From: a virus
Taxonomy: Duplodnaviria > Caudoviricetes
DNA length: 64,000 nucleotides
Direction: 5' to 3' (one strand)
Virus record (IMG/VR): IMGVR_UViG_2788500234_000002
Location: 4,410 to 68,409 of that record
The notes under the pieces are model-generated. The model was not told where the DNA came from, made no database searches, and saw only the letters and a list, made by a program, of their open reading frames with translations. Below, in pieces: positions 1 to 8,703 of this stretch. Each line of letters starts with the position of its first letter. Position 1 is the first letter of the stretch. A program made the translations under genes and the position numbers.

Positions 1-8
1 TCGCAACA

Positions 9-1970
9 ATGAAACAGGTAACATTAAAATCCCTAACCCTTTGCAATTTCAAGGGTGAAAAGGAACGGACAACGAATTTCAACCCGGACGTAACCACCAT
101 TTCGGGCGGCAACGGGCTGGGCAAGTCAAGGCATTTCGATGCTTTCATTTGGTTGCTTTTCGGCAAGGATTCCAAAGACCGAAAAGACTACGAAATCAAG
201 ACCCGTGTTGATGGCAAGGAATTGCACAATGTAGAATGCAGCGTGTCGGGTGTCATTGATGTGGACGGTGAGGAAATCAACTTGAAACGTGCCTATATCG
301 AAGATTGGGTAAAACCACGTGGGCAAGTTGAAAGAGTGTTTAAGGGCAATCACACCGAATGTTGGTGGAACGACACCCCGGTCAATGTCGGTGAATACAC
401 CAAGAGGATTGAAGCAATCATTGATTCATCCGTGTTCAAGATGATAACCAATCCGGCATTCTTTGTCAATATGCCGTGGAAGCTGCAAAGGGAACAACTT
501 TTTCAGCTTGCCGGAACAATCACAGATGCCGAAATCGCTTCAAAGAAGCCCGAATTTGCCCTTTTGCTTGACAAGATAAGCGGCAAATCACTTTCGGACT
601 TCAAAGCCGAAATTTCGGCAAAAAAGAAGCGTTTGAAAGACGAATTGGCGCAAATCCAACCAAGGATTGACCAAACCCATAAGATGATGCCCGAAAATGA
701 GGATTTCAACGCCATTGAAGTTCAAATCCAAGTCATTGATGATGAAATCAAGGACATAGACAAGGCGATTAGTGATGCCACCGCCGCAATCCGCAAGGCG
801 TATGAAGCGGAGCAAAAGAAGCAAAAGGACGTGAACGCCTTGAAATCCGAATGCCAACAACTACTTTTCAGGGCAAAGGAAGAAGCGCAAAATGCCGCAT
901 TTGAAGCCAATGCCGCCCGCCGTGAATTGGAAAGCAATATCAAGGCAAAGGAACGTGAATTGGCAGCGACCAACCGTGAATTGTCGGCAAGCCGAAAAGA
1001 GCAAGAACGGCTTGAAGAAGATGTCAAAAAGTTGAAGTCGGAACAAGACACTTTGCGCAATCAATGGTTTGAAGAAAACGGCAAGGTCTATCATGGTGAA
1101 ACGACTTGTCCGCATTGCAAGCAGGAATTACCCGCCGCCATGATTGAGCAAGCAAGGGATGTTTTCACGAAAGCCCAAGCCGACAAATGTAATGATATAA
1201 CCTCAAAGGGAAAGCGAATTGGTGAAAGAATCAAGGAACTTGAAAAGGACATTGACGATGTGAAAAAGGACATTGAGAATGCCAATGCCAATGTCACGTC
1301 TATCAATGGCGAAATAAGCAAGATGAAAGCCGATTTCATTGCTTTGCCGCTTGTTGATGCCGCCGCCGTTGTGCCTGAATCAATCCCGGAATGGGTCGAA
1401 AAGCAAGCAAAAATCAAAGAGATTGAAGCGACCATAAGCACCGAAAAGGCAAGTTCCGCCGACACGAGCAAGGCACAGGAAAGGAAATCGGAGTTGAACA
1501 AGACCCGTGACGACCTCAATAAAAGGCTTGCCAACCGTGATGCAATCAAGCGTTATGAAGATGAAATCGCAAGCCTTGAAAAGAAAGGCAAAGACCTTGC
1601 CCAACAAATCGCCGATGTCGAAAAACAGGAATACACGGTTGAGCAATTCACAAAAACCAAGATTGATGAATGCGAAAGCCGGATAAACGGGATGTTCAAA
1701 TATGTGTCTTTCCGCTTGTTTGACTTCACTATTGACAACAACCCCGTTGAAACGTGCATTCCTTTGGTCAATGGCGTTCCATACCCAAGTGCGAACACGG
1801 CAGGACAAATGAATGCCGGGCTTGACATAATCAACACATTATGCCGCTTTTATGGCGTGTGCGCACCGATATTCATTGATAACCGTGAATCGGTCAATGA
1901 CATTATCGAAACTGAAAGTCAGATTATCAACCTTGTTGTAAACAAGGACAATTTTTTAACAATTAAATAA
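9..1970 (+). CDS. Rad50/SbcC-like coiled-coil AAA ATPase
   Basis: N-terminal Walker A GGNGLGKS, long coiled coil, central CPHC zinc-hook-like motif, C-terminal IFIDNRES Walker B-like motif. Confidence 0.8.
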   Translation: MKQVTLKSLTLCNFKGEKERTTNFNPDVTTISGGNGLGKSRHFDAFIWLLFGKDSKDRKDYEIKTRVDGKELHNVECSVSGVIDVDGEEINLKRAYIEDWVKPRGQVERVFKGNHTECWWNDTPVNVGEYTKRIEAIIDSSVFKMITNPAFFVNMPWKLQREQLFQLAGTITDAEIASKKPEFALLLDKISGKSLSDFKAEISAKKKRLKDELAQIQPRIDQTHKMMPENEDFNAIEVQIQVIDDEIKDIDKAISDATAAIRKAYEAEQKKQKDVNALKSECQQLLFRAKEEAQNAAFEANAARRELESNIKAKERELAATNRELSASRKEQERLEEDVKKLKSEQDTLRNQWFEENGKVYHGETTCPHCKQELPAAMIEQARDVFTKAQADKCNDITSKGKRIGERIKELEKDIDDVKKDIENANANVTSINGEISKMKADFIALPLVDAAAVVPESIPEWVEKQAKIKEIEATISTEKASSADTSKAQERKSELNKTRDDLNKRLANRDAIKRYEDEIASLEKKGKDLAQQIADVEKQEYTVEQFTKTKIDECESRINGMFKYVSFRLFDFTIDNNPVETCIPLVNGVPYPSANTAGQMNAGLDIINTLCRFYGVCAPIFIDNRESVNDIIETESQIINLVVNKDNFLTIK

Positions 1971-1980
1971 CAACGCAACA

Positions 1981-2298
1981 ATGGAAAAGAAAATTGAAAA
2001 AAGCGAATTTCTTTCAAAGGTGGAAGCATTCGCACATGAAATGACAACAATGACAGAAAAGAAAGAGGGTGTCAAACGTGGTCTTGTTATCCTTGCCGCC
2101 GAATCGGTGGAAAGTGAAAATGGCACAAAGCAAATCATTTCCGTGCTTGGCAATGGTGGAAAGGTGGTGGAAGCGATTGCCGGATTTGCTTCACAGGAAC
2201 ACGGCAAGTCATTTCTAATGGCTGGCATGAAAGAAGCCGCCCTAAATAGCCTTATTGAAAAAGTATTGGGGGGGGCAATCGTAATCATTAACAAGTAA
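1981..2298 (+). CDS. Hypothetical phage protein
   Basis: 105-aa ORF in operon with AT-rich upstream. Confidence 0.7.
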   Translation: MEKKIEKSEFLSKVEAFAHEMTTMTEKKEGVKRGLVILAAESVESENGTKQIISVLGNGGKVVEAIAGFASQEHGKSFLMAGMKEAALNSLIEKVLGGAIVIINK

Positions 2299-2309
2299 AA
2301 GATTGAATC

Positions 2310-3254
2310 ATGAACGAAATTCAGAAAACAGAAAAGCAGGGGCAAGCATTGACGGTTGCCGCCCCCGTACAAGTCGGGTTCAACTTCTTTGACCCGGTGC
2401 AATTCGACACCATGCAGCGTGTTTGCAAATTATTCGCAAGTTCGGAACTTGTGCCGGATATGTACAAAGTAACGGACAAAAACCCAATCGAAAAGGCGAT
2501 GGCAAATTGCATGATTGCCATTGAGATTGCCCAACGTATCGGCGCAAGTCCATTGATGGTTATGCAAAATATGGTGCCGATTTATGGCAAGCCGTCTTGG
2601 TCGTCAAAATTCCTTGTCGCCACCGTGAACACTTGCGGACGCTTCAAGCCCTTGAAGTACCGCTTCACCGAAAAAGGTATACTTGGCATGGTGGATTATG
2701 TCGAGTACACAAAAGTATGGGTAAACGGTCAAAACGGACGGGGCTATTATAAGAATGAAGCCACGACCAAGCAATTTGACGGGCGCAAGATGATGGATAT
2801 TGAGTGTGTCGCCTATACGAGCGCAAAGGGTTCGGATGAAGTCTTGGAAAGTTCGCCCGTATCAATCCGCCTTGCTATCCAAGAGGGGTGGTTTACAAAG
2901 AACGGTTCAAAATGGCAGACCATGACCAAACAGATGCTTATGTATCGTGCGGCTTCATTCTGGACAAGTGCTTATGCCCCTGAATTGTCAATGGGGATGC
3001 GTACCGTTGAGGAATACCAAGACATAATGGATGTGGATTATCAAGAAGTCGGGGCGGAAGTTGAAGCCGAAAAGCACGACAACGCCAACAAAGTGCAAAT
3101 CGGTGTGGATTTGGCGCAAGGTAACGACAAGACCACGGCGACAATGATTGACCCGGAAACGGGCGAAATCAAAGCGGTGCATGATGCCAATGCCGAAACG
3201 CCAAAAGAGGAAGCGGCACAAGCACCGACACCACAACCCCAACCCGGTTTCTAA
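2310..3254 (+). CDS. RecT-like single-strand annealing/recombination protein
   Basis: ANCMIAIEIAQRIGASPLMVMQN..GKPSWSSKF pattern, acidic C-terminal tail, position between SbcC-like ATPase and MBL nuclease. Confidence 0.6.
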   Translation: MNEIQKTEKQGQALTVAAPVQVGFNFFDPVQFDTMQRVCKLFASSELVPDMYKVTDKNPIEKAMANCMIAIEIAQRIGASPLMVMQNMVPIYGKPSWSSKFLVATVNTCGRFKPLKYRFTEKGILGMVDYVEYTKVWVNGQNGRGYYKNEATTKQFDGRKMMDIECVAYTSAKGSDEVLESSPVSIRLAIQEGWFTKNGSKWQTMTKQMLMYRAASFWTSAYAPELSMGMRTVEEYQDIMDVDYQEVGAEVEAEKHDNANKVQIGVDLAQGNDKTTATMIDPETGEIKAVHDANAETPKEEAAQAPTPQPQPGF

Positions 3255-3278
3255 CAAACAATCAAAATCCGAAAGGCT

Positions 3279-4022
3279 ATGGAATTGAAGATTTTGGGTT
3301 CGAGTTCAAAGGGCAATTGCTACTTGCTTGACAACGGCAATGATTGCTTGATGATAGAATGCGGCATTCCTTTCAAAGACGTGCAAAAGGCGGTCAATTT
3401 CGGCATTTCCCGCATTGCTGGTGTAATTATATCACACGAGCATGGCGACCACGCCAAACACGCCGGAAAGTGCCTTGAAGCGCAAATCCCATGCTATATG
3501 TCGCAAGGCACGAAAGACGCATTGCATTTGCCGCAAACCCGGCTTGTCCGTGTGATGGAAGAATTGAAAGTGTACGAAATCGGCAATTTCAAGGTGCAAC
3601 CATTCGCAACCCAACATGATGCCAAAGAGCCTTTCGGATTTTTGATTTACCACAAGGAATGCGGCATGGTCTTGTTCGCAACTGATACATATTACTTGCA
3701 TTACACCTTTCATGGATTGAATAACATCTTGATTGAATGCAATTACCGTCAAGACATATTGGATGCCAATGTTGAAGCGGGCAAATTGCCGATGGCGTTA
3801 CGGGCAAGGACAATGAAAAGCCATTGCAGCTTTGACACTTGCCGGGAAACATTGCTTGCAAACGACTTGTCAGGCGTGAACCATATTGTCTTGATACATC
3901 TTTCGGATGGCAATTCAAACGCAAAGGAGTTCAAGCAAGGAATCGAAGAAGCAACGGGCAAGACCACCCACATTGCCGAAAGCGGAATGACAATTTCAAA
4001 TTTCAACAAATCACCATTTTAA
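3279..4022 (+). CDS. Metallo-beta-lactamase-fold hydrolase (probable nuclease)
   Basis: SHEHGDH metal motif, ATQHDA, ATDT, IECNY, LIHLS motifs. Confidence 0.85.
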   Translation: MELKILGSSSKGNCYLLDNGNDCLMIECGIPFKDVQKAVNFGISRIAGVIISHEHGDHAKHAGKCLEAQIPCYMSQGTKDALHLPQTRLVRVMEELKVYEIGNFKVQPFATQHDAKEPFGFLIYHKECGMVLFATDTYYLHYTFHGLNNILIECNYRQDILDANVEAGKLPMALRARTMKSHCSFDTCRETLLANDLSGVNHIVLIHLSDGNSNAKEFKQGIEEATGKTTHIAESGMTISNFNKSPF

Positions 4023-4032
4023 TTTTCAGAAC

Positions 4033-4653
4033 ATGAAGAAGTTTCTTTTAAGACAAAAAGGCATTGAAAAAGCCATTGGAAAATTTGATTCAAAGATTGA
4101 AGCCGTTGATGTGATGGATGGTTACATTACGGACAACAACGATGAATTGGATTCAGACGATGAGGGGTATTTGACCCCGTTTGATTTCACCCTTGACGAA
4201 ATCGAGGAAAGGGAAATCAACGAATGTGTGACCAACTACGAGGAAGCCCGGAAGTATCTTGGCGGCAAGCCCAATGCGGACTTTTCCGTTACAAAGAAGC
4301 TGCAATCAAACAATTCTTTGGATTTGTCCGGCGTTGCCCACTTGGTTGATGAAATGAACCCCCGACACCTCAAAGCCCTTGCCGCATTGAACAAGTTGTT
4401 CACCATTGCGGAAGCATGGAACAAAGCGGATGATTTCGTGCCGGATTTCAGCAACCAAAACCAATACAAGTATTATCCTTGGTTTGTATATGACCGGGAT
4501 GCTGCGGGGTTCGTGTCTGCGGGTACGGATTATTCGGCTTCGTATACGTTTGCGTCTTTCGGTTCTCGGCTTTGCTTTAAGACCGCAAATCGGGCACGGC
4601 AATTCGGTGAAATGTTTGCCGACTTGTACAACGAAGTGTTCCTTTTCAAATAG
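4033..4653 (+). CDS. Phage protein of unknown function; second (remote) DGR target
   Basis: 206 aa; YYPWF...GSRLCF C-terminal region contains a 77-nt segment matching the DGR TR with differences only at TR adenines. Confidence 0.85.
   Translation: MKKFLLRQKGIEKAIGKFDSKIEAVDVMDGYITDNNDELDSDDEGYLTPFDFTLDEIEEREINECVTNYEEARKYLGGKPNADFSVTKKLQSNNSLDLSGVAHLVDEMNPRHLKALAALNKLFTIAEAWNKADDFVPDFSNQNQYKYYPWFVYDRDAAGFVSAGTDYSASYTFASFGSRLCFKTANRARQFGEMFADLYNEVFLFK
4501..4577 (+). repeat. DGR variable region VR2 (remote)
   Basis: Ungapped alignment to TR 42680-42756: 18 mismatches in 77 nt, all opposite TR adenines; same reading frame as TR/VR1. Confidence 0.92.
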
Positions 4654-4657
4654 AATG

Positions 4658-4674
4658 TGTTTCATAGTAAAACA
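4658..4674. promoter_or_regulatory. 17-bp operator-like palindrome copy 1 (TGTTTCATAGTAAAACA)
   Basis: One of nine similar intergenic quasi-palindromes in the prophage. Confidence 0.65.
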
Positions 4675-4682
4675 AATCGGAT

Positions 4683-5126
4683 ATGGAAAAAGAACTTGGG
4701 CAGGAATACAAGAACCCGATTCAACGTGAAGCGTTCTTGAAAGACAATTGCGATGCTTGCGAGCAAAAAGGGTATATGAAGCCATACAGCCCGGAAGAAT
4801 TGCAAGGGCATAAAGAAAGGCATACTAATCTTTCGATTGAAATAGACAAAATCGAAGATGAAAAGAAAGTCGCAATGGAAACTTTCAAAGGTCAGTTAAA
4901 ACCATTGAGGGAAGAATGTAAGCAGTTACTTAAAAATATCAAGGCAAAGGCGGAATATGTAACCGAAACGTGTTACAGGTTCACCGACCAAGAAACAAAG
5001 GAAACCGGGTACTACAACAAAGACGGCAAGTTGATTGAGAGCCGCCCGGCGACCGCTGACGAACTGCAACCCACCATTTTTGGCGTGGTGCGCAATCTTA
5101 ACCCCAAAACAGGAACGGACAATTAA
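4683..5126 (+). CDS. Hypothetical phage protein
   Basis: 147-aa ORF in operon. Confidence 0.75.
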   Translation: MEKELGQEYKNPIQREAFLKDNCDACEQKGYMKPYSPEELQGHKERHTNLSIEIDKIEDEKKVAMETFKGQLKPLREECKQLLKNIKAKAEYVTETCYRFTDQETKETGYYNKDGKLIESRPATADELQPTIFGVVRNLNPKTGTDN

Positions 5127-5144
5127 CAACTAAATTTTTGAATC

Positions 5145-5885
5145 ATGGATAATGAAAAATTGCAAATCAATCTTGCGCCCGGAATGAGCAAAGCGGAACT
5201 TGTCATTCGTGAGGGTGCGGCAGCGAAAGAACTTGAACCCAAAGCACCCGTCAAAACTAACTTGAAAGGCGTTATTGGGGCGGTCGTTGAATACCTCAAA
5301 AAGAGAATTAACACCGGGCAATTTGAACAAAAAGATTGCCTTGTGCTTGTAAACCGTGAATCAATCGAAATCACCTTGATAACGAATGAAGCGGATGAAT
5401 ACAAGCGTGGTGAAATAACGGGCAAATTGAGTTACAACCCCAAGTTCATTGAATTTGGCATTAACAGCGGCAAAGTCTGGACACCCACGGAACTTGGCTT
5501 GTTTATCAAGATGAACCGGGCATTCTTTGCCGACCGCAACGAAAACATGAAGCTGGTTTCAAGCCTGATGAACTTCACCGCCGATGTGAATAACAAGATT
5601 GAAAGGGCGGTCAAGGAAAACGGCAACCGCACGGACAATTTCGCCCAAGTGGTCAATTCCAACTTGCCGGAATCATTCACCATCCAAATGCCCATCTTCA
5701 AGGGTATGCAGCCCGAAACAATAGAGGTGGAAACATTCGCACAGGTGAACGGGCGTGAAGTCGCCTTTGTGTTGTTGTCGCCGGGCGCACAAGTAACGCT
5801 TGAAGATTTGCGTGACAAGGTTATTGATGAACAATTGGAGCAAATAAGGGAGATTGCGCCGGAAATCGCAATCATTGAAGTTTAA
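5145..5885 (+). CDS. Hypothetical phage protein
   Basis: 246-aa ORF in operon. Confidence 0.75.
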   Translation: MDNEKLQINLAPGMSKAELVIREGAAAKELEPKAPVKTNLKGVIGAVVEYLKKRINTGQFEQKDCLVLVNRESIEITLITNEADEYKRGEITGKLSYNPKFIEFGINSGKVWTPTELGLFIKMNRAFFADRNENMKLVSSLMNFTADVNNKIERAVKENGNRTDNFAQVVNSNLPESFTIQMPIFKGMQPETIEVETFAQVNGREVAFVLLSPGAQVTLEDLRDKVIDEQLEQIREIAPEIAIIEV

Positions 5886-5891
5886 CAAAAT

Positions 5892-5920
5892 GCCCCCGGC
5901 TTGCTTGTCGGGTCGGGGGC
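5892..5920. terminator. GC-rich hairpin, possible terminator
   Basis: GCCCCCGGC / GTCGGGGGC inverted repeat between genes; weak U-tract on + strand. Confidence 0.4.
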
Positions 5921-5935
5921 TTCAATATCGCAACA

Positions 5936-6712
5936 ATGAATGATTTGAAAATAACATTGGAATCCCTTGTGGCAAGGTATAACACAACGGCATTCATGGA
6001 GAATGACCCGGTGGCATTTCCACGTTGTTTCTTGGGTAAATCCAAACAAGATATTGAAATTGCCGCTTTCCTTGCTTCGACAATTGCTTGGGGCAATAGA
6101 AAACAGATAATGAACGGTTGCCGAAAGATGTTGTTTGACATTATGGATGGCAAGCCTTATAATTTTGTGATGCACGGAAGTTGGCAACACATAGACCCGA
6201 AATGCAACATTCACCGCACATTTTTTGGTCGTGATTTGGCGTATATGTGTCGGGGCTTGCAATTTGTGTATCTGACAAGCAACACTTTGGCAATCGCTTT
6301 CGGACAAGGTGACTTAACCGTTTGGGATGGTTTTTCAAGATTGCGTGAATTGTTCGCACAAGCGAATGGCGGTGAATACTCAAAGCATATATCTGACCCG
6401 ACACCCAACAGGCACAAGGGCGGTTCACCTTGCAAAAGACTGAATCTTATGTTGCGTTGGTTGTGCCGTCAAGATGGAATTGTTGATTTGGGCGTTTGGC
6501 ATAACTTGAAGCCAAGTCAATTGATGATGCCCCTTGATGTTCATGTCGCCCGTGTGGGGCGTGAATTGGGCTTGATTACACGCCAAGGCAACGACCGTAA
6601 GACCGTTGAGGAACTGACCCGGAATTTGGCGGCTTTCGACCCCCAAGACCCGTGTAAATATGACTTTGCGTTGTTCGGTATCGGTGAATCACAAAAACAC
6701 GTCAAGCGATGA
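5936..6712 (+). CDS. TIGR02757/DUF2400-family protein (HhH glycosylase-like)
   Basis: DPVAFPR, DIEIAAFLASTIAWGNR, CKRLNLMLRWLCR, PLDVHV, DPCKYDFALFG motifs characteristic of this family. Confidence 0.8.
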   Translation: MNDLKITLESLVARYNTTAFMENDPVAFPRCFLGKSKQDIEIAAFLASTIAWGNRKQIMNGCRKMLFDIMDGKPYNFVMHGSWQHIDPKCNIHRTFFGRDLAYMCRGLQFVYLTSNTLAIAFGQGDLTVWDGFSRLRELFAQANGGEYSKHISDPTPNRHKGGSPCKRLNLMLRWLCRQDGIVDLGVWHNLKPSQLMMPLDVHVARVGRELGLITRQGNDRKTVEELTRNLAAFDPQDPCKYDFALFGIGESQKHVKR

Positions 6713-7407
6713 AAGAAGTGTATTATTTCCAACATGATTACAATGCCCGGAATGACCCAAAATTGCAAGACGTGTTGATTGAACACGGCGCAACTGGAAT
6801 TGGTGTGTTTTGGTGCATTGTTGAACAACTATATGAACAAGACGGCTTCTTGCCCCTGAAATCATGCAAAAGTATTGCATTTGCATTGCACGTGGAAAGC
6901 ACGGTTGTAGAAAGTGTTGTGCAAGACTTTGGATTATTCCAAAATGACGGGGAAAAGTTTTGGTCAAATTCGGTAAATGCACGTCTTGAAAAACGCAAGA
7001 CCATTTCGGAATCAAGAAAACTTGCGGCGATAAAGCGTTGGCAATCAATGCAAGCCCAACAAGAGCAATGCAAAACGAATGCAAATGCAATGCAAGATAT
7101 ATCCAAAGAAAAGAAAAGTAAAGAAAAGGAAAGTAAAGATTCTAATGATATAGAAAGGGAAAAAGCAAAAACCGTCAAACGGTTTTGCCCCCCTACTTTG
7201 GAAGAAGTGCAATCCTACATTCAAGAAAAAGGATATTCAGTTGATGCGGAAGCATTCATTGCGTTTTACGAAAGCAAAGGTTGGATGGTCGGCAAAAACA
7301 AGATGAAAGATTGGCGGATGGCGGTTGTCACATGGTCGAAACGTGACAATGTACGCCCGGCAAGAAAAGCAAGTGTAACAAAAAAATGCAATGACGAATG
7401 GATATAA
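6709..7407 (+). CDS. Phage replication initiator (DUF4373-like N-terminus)
   Basis: YFQHDYNARNDPKL..GVFWCIVEQLYE N-terminus; C-terminal FYESKGWMVGKNKMKDW domain; internal iteron-like repeats. Confidence 0.75.
   Translation: MKEVYYFQHDYNARNDPKLQDVLIEHGATGIGVFWCIVEQLYEQDGFLPLKSCKSIAFALHVESTVVESVVQDFGLFQNDGEKFWSNSVNARLEKRKTISESRKLAAIKRWQSMQAQQEQCKTNANAMQDISKEKKSKEKESKDSNDIEREKAKTVKRFCPPTLEEVQSYIQEKGYSVDAEAFIAFYESKGWMVGKNKMKDWRMAVVTWSKRDNVRPARKASVTKKCNDEWI
7047..7095 (+). repeat. AATGCAA iteron-like repeats (5 copies), probable phage origin
   Basis: Copies at 7047, 7067, 7078, 7084, 7089 within the initiator gene followed by A-rich tract, as in lambdoid origins. Confidence 0.5.
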
Positions 7408-8171
7408 AAGATACCATAACAGACAAGGACGGCAACCAAAAGACCGTGAAAGTGCAGATGCCAAGTATCGGGCGCATTATGGAAGCCGTGAAGCAACGTG
7501 GGTTGTTTGTCGGCATTACCCGTTACCAATACTTGCAATATGACGTTGAAGAAGCATTGAAGATTGTTGAAGCAATCGGAAAAAGCCGAAACGCAAAGTT
7601 TGTGATTGACGATGAAAACCGCTTCACTTACGAAAACTTCATCAAATGGTGTCATTGCGACACGTCAATGCGATGCCTTGACCCGGAAACAAGGCAGATT
7701 GTTCCGGGGAATTTGAAACGTGGAATTTACATTGCGGGAAATACAGGTTCGGGCAAATCTTGGTGTCTTGAAATCATGCTTGCATATAGTGCCGCATGGG
7801 GTTTCCGGGTGTCAATGGAGAAAGACAACACGACACGCCCTTTGTGGTGGGCAACCTTTCGGGCGGATGAAATTTGCGACAGATTCATTGAAGATGGGAA
7901 CATCCAACGGTTCAAGACACAAGGCATTCTTGGTGTTCAGGATTTAGGCAGCGAGCCGCAAGAATCAATGTACATGGGCAATCGCCTTGATGTGATGCGG
8001 AATGTGCTTGAATACAGAGGTGACAAGACCGATGAATTAACCCTTATCACTTCAAATCTTAAAATCAACGGTGAAGCATTATCCAACAGGTATGGCGACC
8101 GTGTGGCAAGCCGACTTCGGGAAATGTGCAACTATTTTGAAATCAAAGGAAAAGACAGACGTAAAATTTAA
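7398..8171 (+). CDS. DnaC/IstB-like helicase loader ATPase
   Basis: Walker A GNTGSGKS, QDLGSEP, ITSNL, RYGDRVASRLREM; directly follows initiator. Confidence 0.8.
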   Translation: MDIKDTITDKDGNQKTVKVQMPSIGRIMEAVKQRGLFVGITRYQYLQYDVEEALKIVEAIGKSRNAKFVIDDENRFTYENFIKWCHCDTSMRCLDPETRQIVPGNLKRGIYIAGNTGSGKSWCLEIMLAYSAAWGFRVSMEKDNTTRPLWWATFRADEICDRFIEDGNIQRFKTQGILGVQDLGSEPQESMYMGNRLDVMRNVLEYRGDKTDELTLITSNLKINGEALSNRYGDRVASRLREMCNYFEIKGKDRRKI

Positions 8172-8176
8172 CAACT

Positions 8177-8515
8177 ATGATAACAAAAGAAACAGCAAGG
8201 CAAATTTACAATTGCCACCAACAGATTGAAGAAATCGGAAAAATCAAGTCCGAAATGTGCGAGGAAGTCAAAAAGGCGCGTGAACGTGCGGAAAAAGACC
8301 AACGCCCCATTGCTGAAAATGAATCAAGTTTCGGCAAATATGGAAAGGGTATGCAATTGGGCGTTCCCGATGGTATATGTTCATCAATGCGCATTTTCAA
8401 CATATCGCCTGAAATTGCCATTCAGGTAATGGATGAACAAGTGGAAGTGTTGAAAAAGCGGCTTCAAGAACTCAAAGCAATTGCAAAGATAGAACTTGAA
8501 GCAAATGACAAATGA
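8177..8515 (+). CDS. Hypothetical phage protein
   Basis: 112-aa ORF in operon. Confidence 0.7.
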   Translation: MITKETARQIYNCHQQIEEIGKIKSEMCEEVKKARERAEKDQRPIAENESSFGKYGKGMQLGVPDGICSSMRIFNISPEIAIQVMDEQVEVLKKRLQELKAIAKIELEANDK

Positions 8516-8681
8516 AGAATTGAAACAGACATTGGGCGATGATTTATGTGATTATTGCCCGTGGAAACAAGGCGAAATCGACCATCTATGCGATAGTATT
8601 TGCGAGGGTTTATATTGCAATGATGCGTTGGATGCTTTCTTGGATGAAAACCAAGATTATTTTGATGATGATGCGGAATAA
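8505..8681 (+). CDS. Small Cys-rich hypothetical protein
   Basis: MTNEELK start overlapping upstream gene; CDYC..CDSICEG motif. Confidence 0.6.
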   Translation: MTNEELKQTLGDDLCDYCPWKQGEIDHLCDSICEGLYCNDALDAFLDENQDYFDDDAE

Positions 8682-8703
8682 ATAACTAATAAACGATATA
8701 ACA

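Noticed and set aside
2268-2275. G8 tract as a phase-variation site
   Set aside because: At the last codons of an in-frame gene; a run of 8 can occur by chance in 46 kb
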